Part shown: positions 31,409 through 42,347 of the stretch, piece by piece | How the letters are laid out: every line of letters begins with the position of its first letter | Numbering within the stretch: the stretch's first letter is position 1 | Source of the DNA: an uncultured Actinomycetota bacterium | GTDB taxonomy: Bacteria; Actinomycetota; Actinomycetes; JACCUZ01 | DNA length: 64,000 nucleotides | NCBI GenBank assembly: GCA_963829565.1 | Contig: CAWHJC010000017.1 | Location: forward strand, 28,797-92,796 | Direction: 5' to 3' | The notes under the pieces: generated by a model | What the model saw: only the letters and a program-made list of their open reading frames with translations | Told to the model about the DNA's origin: nothing | The model's database searches: none | Made by a program: the position numbers and the translations under genes

Positions 31409-32173
31409 TCAGCTTGGGTCTGGGTCTTGCTGGGACCCGGTGAGGAAGGGAGCGATGAGGTCGAGGGGGAGCGGGAAGATGATGGTGGACTTCTCTGCGC
31501 CAAGCTCGACGAGGGTCTGCTGGTAGCGCAGCTGCATAGCGGCGGGGTTGCGGCTGAGCACGTCGGACGCCTCGAGGAGCTTCTGGGAGGCCTGGAACTC
31601 GCCCTCGGCGGAGATGATCTTCGCGCGGCGCTCCCGCTCGGCCTCGGCCGCCCGCGCCATCGCGCGCTGCATCGCCTCGGGGATCTCGACGTCCTTGATC
31701 TCGACCGTGGTGACCTTGATGCCCCAGGGTTCGGTCTGCTCGTCGATGATGCGGCGAAGACTGTCGTTGAGCTCGTCGCGCTCCGACAGCAAGGTGTCCA
31801 GCTCGGCTCTGCCGAGCACCGACCGCAGCGTGGTCTGCGCGATCTGGGACGTCGCGACCGGATACGCCTCGACCTCGGTGACGGCCAGGATCGGCTCGAC
31901 GACCCGGAAGTAGGCCACGGCGTTCACCCTGGCCGGCACGTTGTCGCGGGTGATGACCTCCTGGGGCGGGATGGTGAGCGTCACCGTACGCAGGTCGACG
32001 CGGATCAGCCGGTCGACGAAAGGCAGCAGAAGGACGAGGCCGGGGCCGGCGACGGGGCGCAGGCGCCCCAGTCGGAACAGCACCCCGCGCTCGTACTCGC
32101 GAAGCACTCTGGTGCTGACGACCAGCACGACCACCACGACGACCAGCACGGCCGCGATCACGCCGAGAGTCAT
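31409..32173 (-). CDS. SPFH/band-7 (stomatin/HflC-like) protein; the ORF continues in frame upstream to ~32593 (possible N-terminal extension with an extra TM helix)
   Basis: [38 protein letters not shown]...[21 protein letters not shown]...[10 protein letters not shown] matches the stomatin family. Confidence 0.8.
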   Translation of the reverse strand: MTLGVIAAVLVVVVVVLVVSTRVLREYERGVLFRLGRLRPVAGPGLVLLLPFVDRLIRVDLRTVTLTIPPQEVITRDNVPARVNAVAYFRVVEPILAVTEVEAYPVATSQIAQTTLRSVLGRAELDTLLSERDELNDSLRRIIDEQTEPWGIKVTTVEIKDVEIPEAMQRAMARAAEAERERRAKIISAEGEFQASQKLLEASDVLSRNPAAMQLRYQQTLVELGAEKSTIIFPLPLDLIAPFLTGSQQDPDPS

Positions 32174-32764
32174 CACATCGCCTTCCGGTCCGAGGCCCAG
32201 CGCGTCCTGCTGGTCTGCGTGACGCGTAGGCCCGATGGCGACCGTAGCGACTGGGAAGCCCGCTGGCGACCGACGGAAGTGGTCGGTGAACCGGTGGCCC
32301 AGCAGACCGGCGGCGACCAGCGGCACAACCGACACTGCGAGATCCTCCGGCTGGTGATACCGGACCATGGTGACGGCGGCCAGCAGCGCCGCGAGCGCCA
32401 CCAGGACAAGCACGATCCCGCGGTGGAAACGGGCTGCTTCCGAGTGCGGCCACGGCTCGGTCGGCACGCTGATCTCCCGGCCGTGGTGCGAGCTGGTGCA
32501 GTCGGCCTTGACCGGGCAGGCGTTGCAGATCGACGGCTTGGCCTGGTACGTCATCATGCGCTGTCGCTCGTCATACATGGCTGGCCAGAGCATCTGGTCC
32601 TGCGGGACAGACCCACGCGTCGTGCTCGGGGTGGTATCGGAAGCCGGCCGTCCGGTAGCGGTCGGACCGGGCATGGCTGTGCCGCGCCAGCCGGTCCAGG
32701 GCGACCGCGACGGTCAGCAGGAACAGCGCGTAGCACGTGACGAGGAGCACCTCGGGCGACACGG

Positions 32765-35099
32765 TCACCGGTCGGCCCCCGGTTCGCCTGCCGTCACGAC
32801 CTCTCCGACCTCGGTGAACAGGATGTCGTCCGGCTCTTCCATCACCTGGTTGCTCACCCGGTAGCGGACCCCGAGCCAGCAGATCCACAGGAACGGCAGG
32901 GCGCCGCCGGCGATGAACACCACGTCCCCAGGCAGGCGCATCCATCGATGAAGCTGTTGCTCGGGATTGGTGATGAAGTCCAGCTGCCGGGCCGCGAAGT
33001 AGCCGTCGTTGACCGACTTGTACAGCTGCAGGATGCCCAGCGGGAGCAATGTTGCGAAGCACATCCAGGCCAGGCCGATATTGCAGCACCAGAAGGACAG
33101 CTGGGCGAGCCGGTCCGGCCAACGTTCCTGCGGAATCAGATAGCGGAGGCAGAACAACGCGAGGCCGATCGCGAGCATCCCGTACACACCCATCATCGCG
33201 GCATGAGCGTGGTTGGCAGTCAGCGCGGTGCCGATCTCGTAATAGGAGACGACGGGAAGGTTGACCAGGAACCCGAAGACGCCGGCGCCGAGGAAGTTCC
33301 AGAAGCCGACGGCCACCAGGAACATCACCGCCCAGCGATGCGGGAACGGCGTCGCGGACGACCGCTCCTGCCGGGAACCGAGCTGCAGGAACGACCAGGC
33401 CTCGACGGTGAGGAACGTCAACGGCGGCACCTCGGCCGCGGAGAAGAACGCCCCAGGGCCATCGTCTCCGCGGCGGTGCCGGAGAAGTAGAGGTGGTGCA
33501 TCGTGCCGATGACCCCGCCGAGGGAGTAGAGGATGATGTCGAGGTAGATGACCGTCATGGCCACCCGCTGGCGAACGACACCGAGCAGCACGAACAGGTA
33601 CGCCACGAGGACCGTGGTGAAGATCTCCAGGAAGTCCTCGACCCACAGGTGGACCACCATGAACCGCCAGAAGTCCGCGACGGTGTAGCTGGAGTCGGCG
33701 TCGGTGAGCAGCCCAACCGCGTAGAAGGCCGGGATCGCGAGCCCGGTGTAGAAGAACAGCCACGGCATGTTCATCCGGGACTGATGGCGCAGCGCGCCTC
33801 GGAGCCCGCGGAACAGCATGAAGGCCCAGAAGAACAGCCCCAGCGTCAACAGCACCTGCCAGAGCCGCCCTAGGTCCAAGTACTCCCAGCCCTGCATCCC
33901 GAGCACGTGCATTGACGACGGCAGCCACCCGTGGATGTCGAGCAGCTCCCCGATCATGGAGCCGAACACGACCACGGCGAGAGCGCCCAGCAGGCCGTAC
34001 GCCAGCCAGGACTGCCGTCGCGGTTCGCGGCCCGAGATGATGGGCGCGAGGAAGAGCCCGGTGGCCAGGAACGACGTCGCCGTCCAGAAGATGGCCAGCT
34101 GGACGTGCCAGGTGCGGACCAGGTTGTACGGCAACCACCGCGCCAGGTCGAAGCCGAAGAAGCTGGTGAGGTCGGCCCGGTAGTGCTCACTGGCCGCTCC
34201 GACCATCGTCTGGACGACGAAGAGCAGACCGACCACGAGGAAGAAGTAGGCGCACGCCCGCTGGGTCGGCGTGACCGCCACGTCGGCCGGAGGGCGGAAC
34301 GAGATGGTGTCGGCCTGACGGCCGCGCCATCCCATCCGTTCACCCCAGCGACCGAACGCTGCGAACAGCACGCCGATGCCCGCCAGGAGGACGATCAGGG
34401 ACAGCACGCTCCAGACCACGACGTTGGCCGTCACCGTGTTTCCCACCAGCTCTTCCGGCGGCCAGTTGTTGGTGTACGTGTAGTCCTTTCCGGGCGCAGG
34501 GTCGAGCCCGCCCATGCCGACCAGGCGAAGTAGGCGGTCAGTGACTTGATGTCCGCCGGGTCCGTGATCGCCTCGGGCAGCAGCCCCTTCGACGCGCTCC
34601 GCGGCCCGAAGTACGCCGTGTAGTGCACGACGAGCTCGTCGAAGGCCGCCGCCTGGACGTCGGTGTAGGTGAGGGTGTCGGTCGCGGAGTCGTACCGGTT
34701 GGTCTTGAAGTCCTCGATCACCTGATCACGCGCCGTGTCCGAGGCCGGGCCGCCGTACTCCCGGGTGGCGAAGGCTGCCGCGCGATGGAGGTAGTCGGCG
34801 GTGAAGTCGGGACCGAGGTACGCGCCGTGGCCGAAGATCGACCCGTACTCCATCAGGCCCTCGCGCAGGAACAGCGCCTGACCGGCCCGGACGTCGTCGC
34901 CGGTGTAGACCACCCGACCGTCGGACGTACGCACCTGATCGGCGATCGGTGGGTCGGCGGTGTACGCGCGGTAGCCGAGGAAGCCGAGCACAGCCATGCC
35001 GATCAGCAGCACCAGTGCGGTGACTTGGACCCAGACTCGCGAGACGAGTGCGTCGCCGCTGGGTGGCTCGAGGTGGCGACGTGGTGTCGAGACAGTCAT
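32765..35099 (-). CDS. norB: Quinol-dependent nitric-oxide reductase large subunit (qNOR, NorB/NorZ), multiple frameshifts
   Basis: N-terminus MTVSTPRRHLEPP...single TM plus periplasmic extension (ORF 34431..35522), heme-copper oxidase core (...FWRFMVVHLWVEDFLEIFTTVLVAYLF...HHLYFSG...; ORF 33418..34515) and C-terminus (ORF 32765..34138). Confidence 0.8.
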
Positions 35100-35185
35100 C
35101 GGGGCTCCTGAGGGTCGGGGCGAGTCGACCTGGCCGGCGCCTCCGTACAGCGGGGGTCGATGGTTCGGTGTGGGACGGTGACGCC

Positions 35186-35519
35186 ATGCAGAAGTTGTCG
35201 TTGACCGCCCTTGCCCGCGAACAGCTGACGAGCTGCGAAGGGGGCGTCCAGTGGTCGCAGCGCTCAGGCGGCGTACGGGGGGCACGAGCACGTGCTGAGC
35301 CAGACCGTGATCGCCTTGGCAGCGGGCCGCAAGCTCGACGAGCACGAGAACCCGGGCGAGGCGACCGTGCACGTGCTCTCCGGGCGGGTCCGGCTCAGCG
35401 CCGGCGACATCAGCTGGGAGGGTTCTCCCGGAGACCTGCTGATCGTGCCCGACGCGCGACACGCGCTCGAAGCACTCGAGGACTCCGCGGTGCTGCTCAC
35501 CGTGGCCAAGCACCGCTGA
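35186..35519 (+). CDS. Cupin domain protein (frameshift at a G6 homopolymer ~35270)
   Basis: MQKLSLTALAREQLTS... then ORF 35292..35519 ...GEATVHVLSGRVRLSAGDISWEGSPGDLLIVPDARHALEALEDSAVLLTV. Confidence 0.65.
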
Positions 35520-35566
35520 CACCGCCTCGACTGGTCAGGAGCCGGGCCGGGGATGATGCTGACCGC

Positions 35567-36252
35567 ATGGCTGCACAGCTCATCGACCTCAGTCACCGCA
35601 TCAAGCCGGGATGCTCACCCATCCCGGGCTGCCCGGGCCGGAATGGGAGCCGTTCCGGACCCGCAAGGAGTACCGGGAGTCCAGCGGTACGGATTTCCAG
35701 ATCGACCGGGTGTGCATGGTGGGCAACACCGGCACCTACCTGGACAGCCCGTTCCACCGGTTCGCCGACGGCGGCGACCTCGCCAGCCTGTCGCTGGCGG
35801 CGGTGGCGGACCTGCCGATCCTCGTCGTGGACGCGCGAGGAAGCGGGCGGGCGGTCGGGCCAGACCTGCTCGCCAGCGCCCTGAGCGAGGTCGACGAAGC
35901 CATCGCGGGGGCCGCCGTCCTGCTGCACACGGGCGGGGACAAGTCATGGGGCACTCCGGAATACGCCGACGAAGCACCGTTCCTGACCGGCGAGGGCACG
36001 GACTGGCTGCTGGAGCGCCGCCCAGCGCTCGTCGGCATCGACGCGGTCAACATCGACGACCTGGCCGACGCGAGCCGGCCGGCGCACACCCGGCTGCTGG
36101 GATCACAGGTGCTGGTGCTCGAGCACCTGGCCGGGCTGGGTGCCGTTCCCACCACCGGTGCTCGGCTGCACGCCGCGCCCCCGGCCTGGCAGGGCGTCGG
36201 CACATGGCCGGTCCGCGCGTACGCCCTGGTTCCCGAGGTCGCACGGGACTAG
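35567..36252 (+). CDS. Cyclase-family protein (kynurenine formamidase-like; frameshift ~35610)
   Basis: MAAQLIDLSHRIKPG | MLTHPGLPGPEW...YLDSPFHRFADG...LHTGGDKSWG...VGIDAVNID (cyclase family). Confidence 0.65.
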
Positions 36253-36325
36253 TCCTGAGGCTCCCGGGGCATGCTCCAACGGCAGGAAGCCAACCGGCGA
36301 GCCGTGGGACCTCAGCAGCGTCAGC

Positions 36326-39300
36326 ATGGACAATCACCTCGTGCAGCACACCTGGCATCTCGGCGATGAGCCGGACGCCGTGCCGTCCGCTCGACGTCTA
36401 GCGAGCAAGGCGCTGCTCGAGGAGTCGTGGCCGACCTCCGTCATCTCCGACGTCGAGATGGTCGTGACCGAGCTGACCAGCAATGCCCTCATGCACGCGG
36501 GTGCGCCCGTCGAACTGCGCGTCGGGCAGGGCGGGACCGGCGTGCGGGTCGAGGTGCAGGACAACTCCCCCGTTGCCCCGGTCCGGCCGCTGGCCGGCAC
36601 GGACGCGATGACCGGGCGCGGCCTGGCCCTCGTGTCGGCCGTTGCTCACCGCTGGGGCGTCCACCCGGTCAGCGGTGGCAAGGTCGTCTGGGCCGAGCTC
36701 GCTCTTCCCGGGGGTCCGGACGACCAGGACGACGCCGGCCAGGACGTCGACGAGCTGCTCGCCGCCTGGCCCGACCACGGCGAGGGGGACGGCTCGGCGC
36801 GCGTCAAGGTGACCCTCGGCGACGTGCCGACCGAGCTCCTGCTGGCAGCCAAGGCCCACGTCGACAACGTGCTGCGGGAGTTCACGCTGGCGGAGGCGGG
36901 GGCCGTGTCGGGCAGCACCGCGCGGGTGACCCCGGACCTGGCCCGCCTGATCAGGACCGTCACGACGCGGTTCGCCGAAGCTCGGCGTTCGATCAAGCAG
37001 CAAGCCCTCCAGGCTGTCGCGTCGGGCCAGGAGCGGACCCGGCTCGTCCTGTCGTTGCCGGTGACGTCGGCCGATGCGGGCCGCGACTACCTGGCGGCTC
37101 TCGACGAGGTCGACGCCTACGCGCGGGCCGCCCGGCTGCTGACCCTCGAGAGCGCTCCGGAGCATCGCGCCTTCCGGAGGTGGTACGTCACCGCCCTGGT
37201 CGACCAGCTCGGCGCCGTCGGCCGGGGTGAGCATCCGCCGAACCCGCCGAGCTTCGAGCGCTTCCTGCTCGACGAGCTCGGCGCCATCGCCTCCGCCAAG
37301 GCGTCGGCGGACCGGAGCGCGCGTCTGCAGGCGGTGACCGCGTCGTTGGCCGGCGCGACGAGCCTTGACGATGTCGCCGGGGTCGTCGTGTCCCAGGGCG
37401 TCGCCGCCCTCGGCGCCTCCGGCGGTGGGTTGCTGGTGCCGGTCGGTGACCGGCTCAGCATTCCGGGCGCGGTCGGCTACGAGGACGAACTCGTCGAGCA
37501 GATCCGCTCCGAGCGCCGCGACGCGCGGCTCCCGGCAGCCGTTGCGATGGCGACCGGCGAGGCGGTGTGGCTGGAGTCGCGGGAGGATCGCGACGCCGAG
37601 TTCCCCGAGCTGACCGGTCTCGAGCCGACCACGGTGTCCATGTGCGCGGTGCCGCTGCGTGTCGAGGACCGCGTGCTGGGCGCCTTGCGGTTCAGCTTTG
37701 ACAGTCCCCGGCTCTTCGACGAGGACGAACGTACGTTCGTCGAAGCGCTCGCCGCCCAGACTGCGGTCGCTGTGGACCGGAGCCAGCTGCGCGGGGCCGA
37801 GCAGGACGCCCGTCACGCCGCGGAGACGGTCGCCGTGCGGCTCGCAAGGCTGCACCGGGTCACCGCAGCGCTCGCCGGCGCCAGCACGTATGAGGAGGTC
37901 GGAGCAGCCGTCGTCGCGCAGGCAGCCGGGACCCTGGGCGCTGACCTCAGCGCGCTGAGCATCCTGGAAGGCGAATCTCTCCGGCTGCTCGACCTGGGCG
38001 GAGGGGAACCCGGCTCACGTGAGCGCTGGGCGACGTTCCCCCTGAGCGGCGGACCTGCCGGCGAGCGAGGCGGTGCGCACCAACGCTCCCGTGGTCGTGG
38101 AGGGACCGTGCAGCCCTGGAGCGAGGTACCCCGGCCTGCGCGGCGTCGCCCGGGGCGACGGGCCGAACGTCAGCGTGCCGGTCACGGCGGTAGACCGTCC
38201 GATCGGCGCGCTCTCGCTGAGGTTCCCGATCGGGCACGAGGTCGACCAGGCCGAGCTGGACATGCTCGCCACGATCGCCCGGCAGTGCGGCGTCGCGCTG
38301 GAGCGAGCGCGGCTGTTCACCGCCGAACGCTCGGCGCGGGAACGGTCCACCTTCCTGGCCGAGGCGGCCGGGCTGCTCGGCTCCTCGCTCGACCCGGTGG
38401 AGACGCTGCGCAACATGACCGACGTCCTGGTGCCTCGGTTCGGCGACTGGGCCGTGGTCTACCTGAAGAGCGGGCAGAACAGGTTCGACGTCGCGACGAC
38501 CGCGCACCGGGATCCTGCCGAGATCCCGGAGATGCTCCTGCCGCCTCGGCCACCGTCCGCGCTGGACCTCACGGCTGTCGGCGGCATCGCCGACGTGGTC
38601 CGGACCGGCCAGAGCCAGCGGTTCACGATGACCGAACCTGGCGCTGCGCAGGCAGGCCTCGGCGTGGCCCTGACGGTCCGGGGCGACGTCCTGGGAGTCG
38701 TCGAGCTCGCGCGCGTCGACGGGCGCTGCGTACACCGTCGACGAGGTCACTCTGATCGAGGACCTCGCCGCGCGGGCGGCCGTGGCCGTAGACAACGCGG
38801 AGTCCTACCGGCGCGAACGGGACGCCGCCCTGACCCTGCAGCGCAGCCTGCTCCCCCAGCGCCTGCCGAGGGTCCCCGGTGTGTCGTTCGCCTGGCGCTA
38901 CCTCCCGGGCACCGCCGGGACGCACATCGGCGGCGACTGGTACGACGTGATCCCCCTCGAGCACGGGCTGGTGGCTCTGGTCATCGGAGACGTGATGGGG
39001 CGAGGGCTGCAGGCGGCGGCGCTGATGGGCCAGCTGCGTGCCACGGCGCGCGCGCACGCCTCCACCGAGGTCGCGCCCGCCGAGGTCCTGCGCCGGCTGG
39101 ACACCGCGGTGGCCGGCCTCGAGCAGGACCAGATCACCACGGCCCTCTTCGGTCTGCTCGATCCGCAGACCGGCGCGCTGACCCTGGCCACCGCCGGCCA
39201 CCTGCCCCCGCTGCTCGCGGTCGGCGGTGTCGCGCGCTACCTGGACGTGTCGCCGGGGCCGCCGCTGGGCGCGGGCGCGGCCGAGTTCCCCGAGCTGAAG

Positions 39301-39516
39301 GTCGTCCTCCCGCCCGGCGCCATGCTGCTGCTCTTCACCGACGGACTCGTCGAGGACCGCCAGCTCCCGGTCGACCACGGGCTCGAGACGCTGCGGCTGG
39401 CCATCGCCTCGGCGCGGACCCCGGAGGAGATGTGCGACCTGGCCTCGGCGGCGCTCGGCCGGGACACCCAGCACGACGACGACACGGCGATCCTCGCGGT
39501 GTCGATGGACGTCTGA
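36326..39516 (+). CDS. Multi-domain signalling protein: N-terminal HATPase_c (RsbW/anti-sigma-factor-like kinase) + GAF domains + C-terminal PP2C/SpoIIE phosphatase (~1060 aa, two frameshifts)
   Basis: N-terminus ...VISDVEMVVTELTSNALMHAGAPVELRV...TGRGLALV (GHKL ATPase). Middle GAF-like segments (ORFs 36140..38755, 38073..39659). C-terminus ...GGDWYDV...GDVMGRGLQAAALMGQL...LLLFTDGLVE... (SpoIIE/PP2C; ORF 38782..39516). Confidence 0.7.
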
Positions 39517-39670
39517 GAGCGCCGCATGCCGGGCCGTCGGGCTGCCTCGATCGCTCGTCAAGTCCACCTCAAGCGCACCGCAAGTCCCCGGTCAGCGGGC
39601 GAGCGCAACGTCGTGTGGTCACTGCCACTCGCGCAGGCCGGCCGGCCTGCCGCCCCTGACAGGAGAAACC

Positions 39671-40162
39671 ATGCGTCATCGTTCCCTGCTCGCCGCGACC
39701 GTCGCCGCCGCCGCACTGTCCGCGCTCCCCCTCACGGCCCACGCCGCCCAGGCCGAGCTGATCGACCGCAGCAACTACGTCGGCTCGGTCGAGCGGACTG
39801 CCGACAGCGTGCGCATCGCCAGCGCGACGAGCGGTGAGCTCGGGGGCTACCTCGACGTCACCATGACCGCTCAGGACGGCACCCTGCCGGTGGGCTCCCA
39901 GGTCTGTGAACCCGTGACGATCGACGCGGTGCTGACCATCGCGCCGGCGGAGACGTTCTCCGTGCATGTCCCCGGCGAGGCCTGCACGAGCTTCTACGGC
40001 GACGCGCTGCGCGGCAGCGCCGACTTCGGCAACCAGGACCTCGCCTACGAGGGCACGCACAAGAGGGCCAGGCTCGTCGGTGACGGCCGGATCTCCGCCA
40101 CCGTGGGTGGCATCTTCCCGGACTCCGGCCAGGCCAACTTCTCCGCCACCGTGCGGTGGTGA
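39671..40162 (+). CDS. Secreted hypothetical protein (signal peptide)
   Basis: MRHRSLLAATVAAAALSALPLTAHAAQA signal peptide; no recognised domain. Confidence 0.5.
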   Translation: MRHRSLLAATVAAAALSALPLTAHAAQAELIDRSNYVGSVERTADSVRIASATSGELGGYLDVTMTAQDGTLPVGSQVCEPVTIDAVLTIAPAETFSVHVPGEACTSFYGDALRGSADFGNQDLAYEGTHKRARLVGDGRISATVGGIFPDSGQANFSATVRW

Positions 40163-40553
40163 CGACTCGCGCGCGACGGGGCTAGGCCCGTATCGGGCTG
40201 GAGGTGTGCACGGCGCCCCCGCCGAATGATCGGCGGGGACGCCGTGCGCCCCCCTCCCGTGGGCATGCCTGCCACCCTGCTGGACAAGGCATGCCGGACG
40301 GGGGCGGCCGTCGACCACACGTCGTGCGCTGTGTGCCGGCGTCGCCGAGGGGGGCGTTGGGGATGTAGCTAGTGCGCGCTACCCGACCCGCTCGGCGTGA
40401 CCGACAACAGCACACCGGGGTCTAGGGCGTAGGGGTAGCCAAACACATTCGATGGCGCTGGGCAAGCAAACAGTCGGCGACGCGCCGAGCCGGTTGCGGC
40501 GCGTCAACCGGCGCCACCGCGGCGATCCCGGCGTGGCGTGCACAATCCCGGGC

Positions 40554-41219
40554 ATGCGTACCTGGTTGCGTGACCACGGCCTGCTCCTCGCGAACGCCGC
40601 TCTCTTCGCCTTCTCGTTCGTCGGGATGGCCCTGGCCGGGGGTCGGGCGTACAACGCCGACCAGACCGAGCACGGCGAGCCGGCCGTGTCCCTCGGCGGC
40701 TACCTCGGCTCGGGCGACTTCATCGAGGCCACCTTCGAGAACTGGGAGAGCGAGTTCCTGCAGATGGGCATGTACGTCGTGCTCACCGCCTTCCTCTTCC
40801 AGCGCGGCTCGTCGGAGTCCAAGCCGATCGAGGGCCACGCACCACAGGACGACGACCCGCGCGACGCCGACCTGCGCCGGAGCGATGTCCCGTGGCCGGT
40901 GCGGCGCGGCGGCCTGGTGCTTCGGGTCTACGAGAACTCGTTGGCCCTGCTGTTCCTCATCCTGTTCCTCGCCTCCTTCGTGCTGCACCTGACGGGTGGC
41001 GCCACCGCGTACTCCGAAGAGCAGCAGGCGCACGGTGCGGCGCCCGTGACGGCGTGGGAGTTCCTGCGGACCTCGCAGTTCTGGTTCGAGTCGTTCCAGA
41101 ACTGGCAGAGCGAGTTCCTCGCCGTCGCCGTCATCGTCGGCGCGTCGGTCTACCTGCGCCAGCGCGGTTCGGCGGAGTCCAAGGCGGTCGCCGAGCCCCA
41201 CCACACGACCGGCGCCTGA
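40554..41219 (+). CDS. Hypothetical membrane protein (DUF6766-like; duplicated ENWxSEFL motif)
   Basis: Internal repeat ATFENWESEFLQMGMYVVL / ESFQNWQSEFLAVAVIVG with hydrophobic helices. ORF 40452..41219; the likely start is MRTWLRDHG. Confidence 0.5.
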   Translation: MRTWLRDHGLLLANAALFAFSFVGMALAGGRAYNADQTEHGEPAVSLGGYLGSGDFIEATFENWESEFLQMGMYVVLTAFLFQRGSSESKPIEGHAPQDDDPRDADLRRSDVPWPVRRGGLVLRVYENSLALLFLILFLASFVLHLTGGATAYSEEQQAHGAAPVTAWEFLRTSQFWFESFQNWQSEFLAVAVIVGASVYLRQRGSAESKAVAEPHHTTGA

Positions 41220-41489
41220 CGGTCCGAGCACGTCAGATCCACGGTGACCGCAGCCTGGTCGCAGCCTGATGACCCCCAGCGGTGCGTGCTTGCCGGACTC
41301 GCTCGCAAACAGACCGCCAAGCCGCGCGCTCATCGGGCCACCGGTCCGGCCAGAGCGCACCGGCGGGCGAGGCACATGGGACGTCGGCGGCACCTCAGCA
41401 GAACCTGCTCCGGTCGTGTCGCAGGGTCAGGGGGTCGTGCGGTGTGCGAGGAGTGGGTACGTCGGAAAGGAACCGTGAAACCGACAGGC

Positions 41490-41871
41490 ATGCAGGAGTA
41501 CCTGATGGCCGTACCCAGATTCCAGGACCTGCCGCTGGCCGACCGGGACCGCGCGTGGGATGGCGACGCCGCCGACAAGCGGGTCCGGAACATGGGCCGA
41601 CGCTAAGGACGAGCCCAACGCGAAGTACCGCGACGCGCACGTCTGGTACGACGACGACAAGCCGGAGAACTTCGGCTCGTACAAGCTGCTCATCGCCGAC
41701 GTGGTGGGCGGCAAGTTGACCGCGGTACCGCGCGGCGTGATGGCGGCCGGCGCGGTGATGGAGGGCTCACGCGGCGGCGTCGACCTGCCCAAGGGCGACA
41801 TCGACCGGGTGAAGAGCCACCTCGCGAAGTACTACGAGAAGATGGGCGACACCGCGCCCTGGGAGCGCTGA
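41490..41871 (+). CDS. Conserved hypothetical protein (~125 aa; frameshift ~41590)
   Basis: MQEYLMAVPRFQDLPLADRDRAWDGDAADKRVR | ...NAKYRDAHVWYDDDKPENFGSYKLLIADVVGGKLTAVPRGVMAAGAVMEGSRGGVDLPKGDIDRVKSHLAKYYEKMGDTAPWER* has a conserved-looking profile. Family not recalled with confidence. Confidence 0.45.
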
Positions 41872-41982
41872 CCTGCTGACGGGCTGGCGGAGCCACGTCA
41901 TCGCGGGCTGGCGGGCGAGCGGTGCATACAACGAGCCGCAGCCCCGCCAGCCGCACTCTGCCGAGACGGATTGCGCCGGCCG

Positions 41983-42324
41983 TCAGCGACCCTTCGTCGC
42001 CCGCTCGTGCTCCTCGCGGGCGCGGCGGGCCGCGTCGGAGCCCATGACGACCGCCTGGTTGCCCTCGTCCCAGATCCGGTCGCCGGCCCGGTCGAGGATG
42101 ACGGTGTCGGGCAGCTCGAACCGCGCCTCGATGAGGTCGAAGTCGATGGGCCGCGCGAGCTCCGCCGTCCAGCCGTGCGGCTGCGGGACGAAGCCGAAGT
42201 TCTCGTTGCGCCAGACGACCTCGTTGCCGCCCTGGACCAGCGCGAGCATGACCGGCGCCAGGTGGGCCATGATCGGCTCCCCGGGACGGTCCACCGGCTC
42301 GATGACCTCGCGATCGTCGCTCAT
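41983..42324 (-). CDS. Small hypothetical protein immediately downstream of the T7SS-signal toxin candidate (immunity-protein candidate)
   Basis: 113 aa: MSDDREVIEPVDRPGEPIMAHLAPVMLALVQGGNEVVWRNENFGFVPQPHGWTAELARPIDFDLIEARFELPDTVILDRAGDRIWDEG.... A GGAAGG RBS sits ~12 nt upstream; 21-nt gap after the upstream stop. Confidence 0.5.
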   Translation of the reverse strand: MSDDREVIEPVDRPGEPIMAHLAPVMLALVQGGNEVVWRNENFGFVPQPHGWTAELARPIDFDLIEARFELPDTVILDRAGDRIWDEGNQAVVMGSDAARRAREEHERATKGR

Positions 42325-42347
42325 GCCGCCCATCCTTCCCGGCGCCG

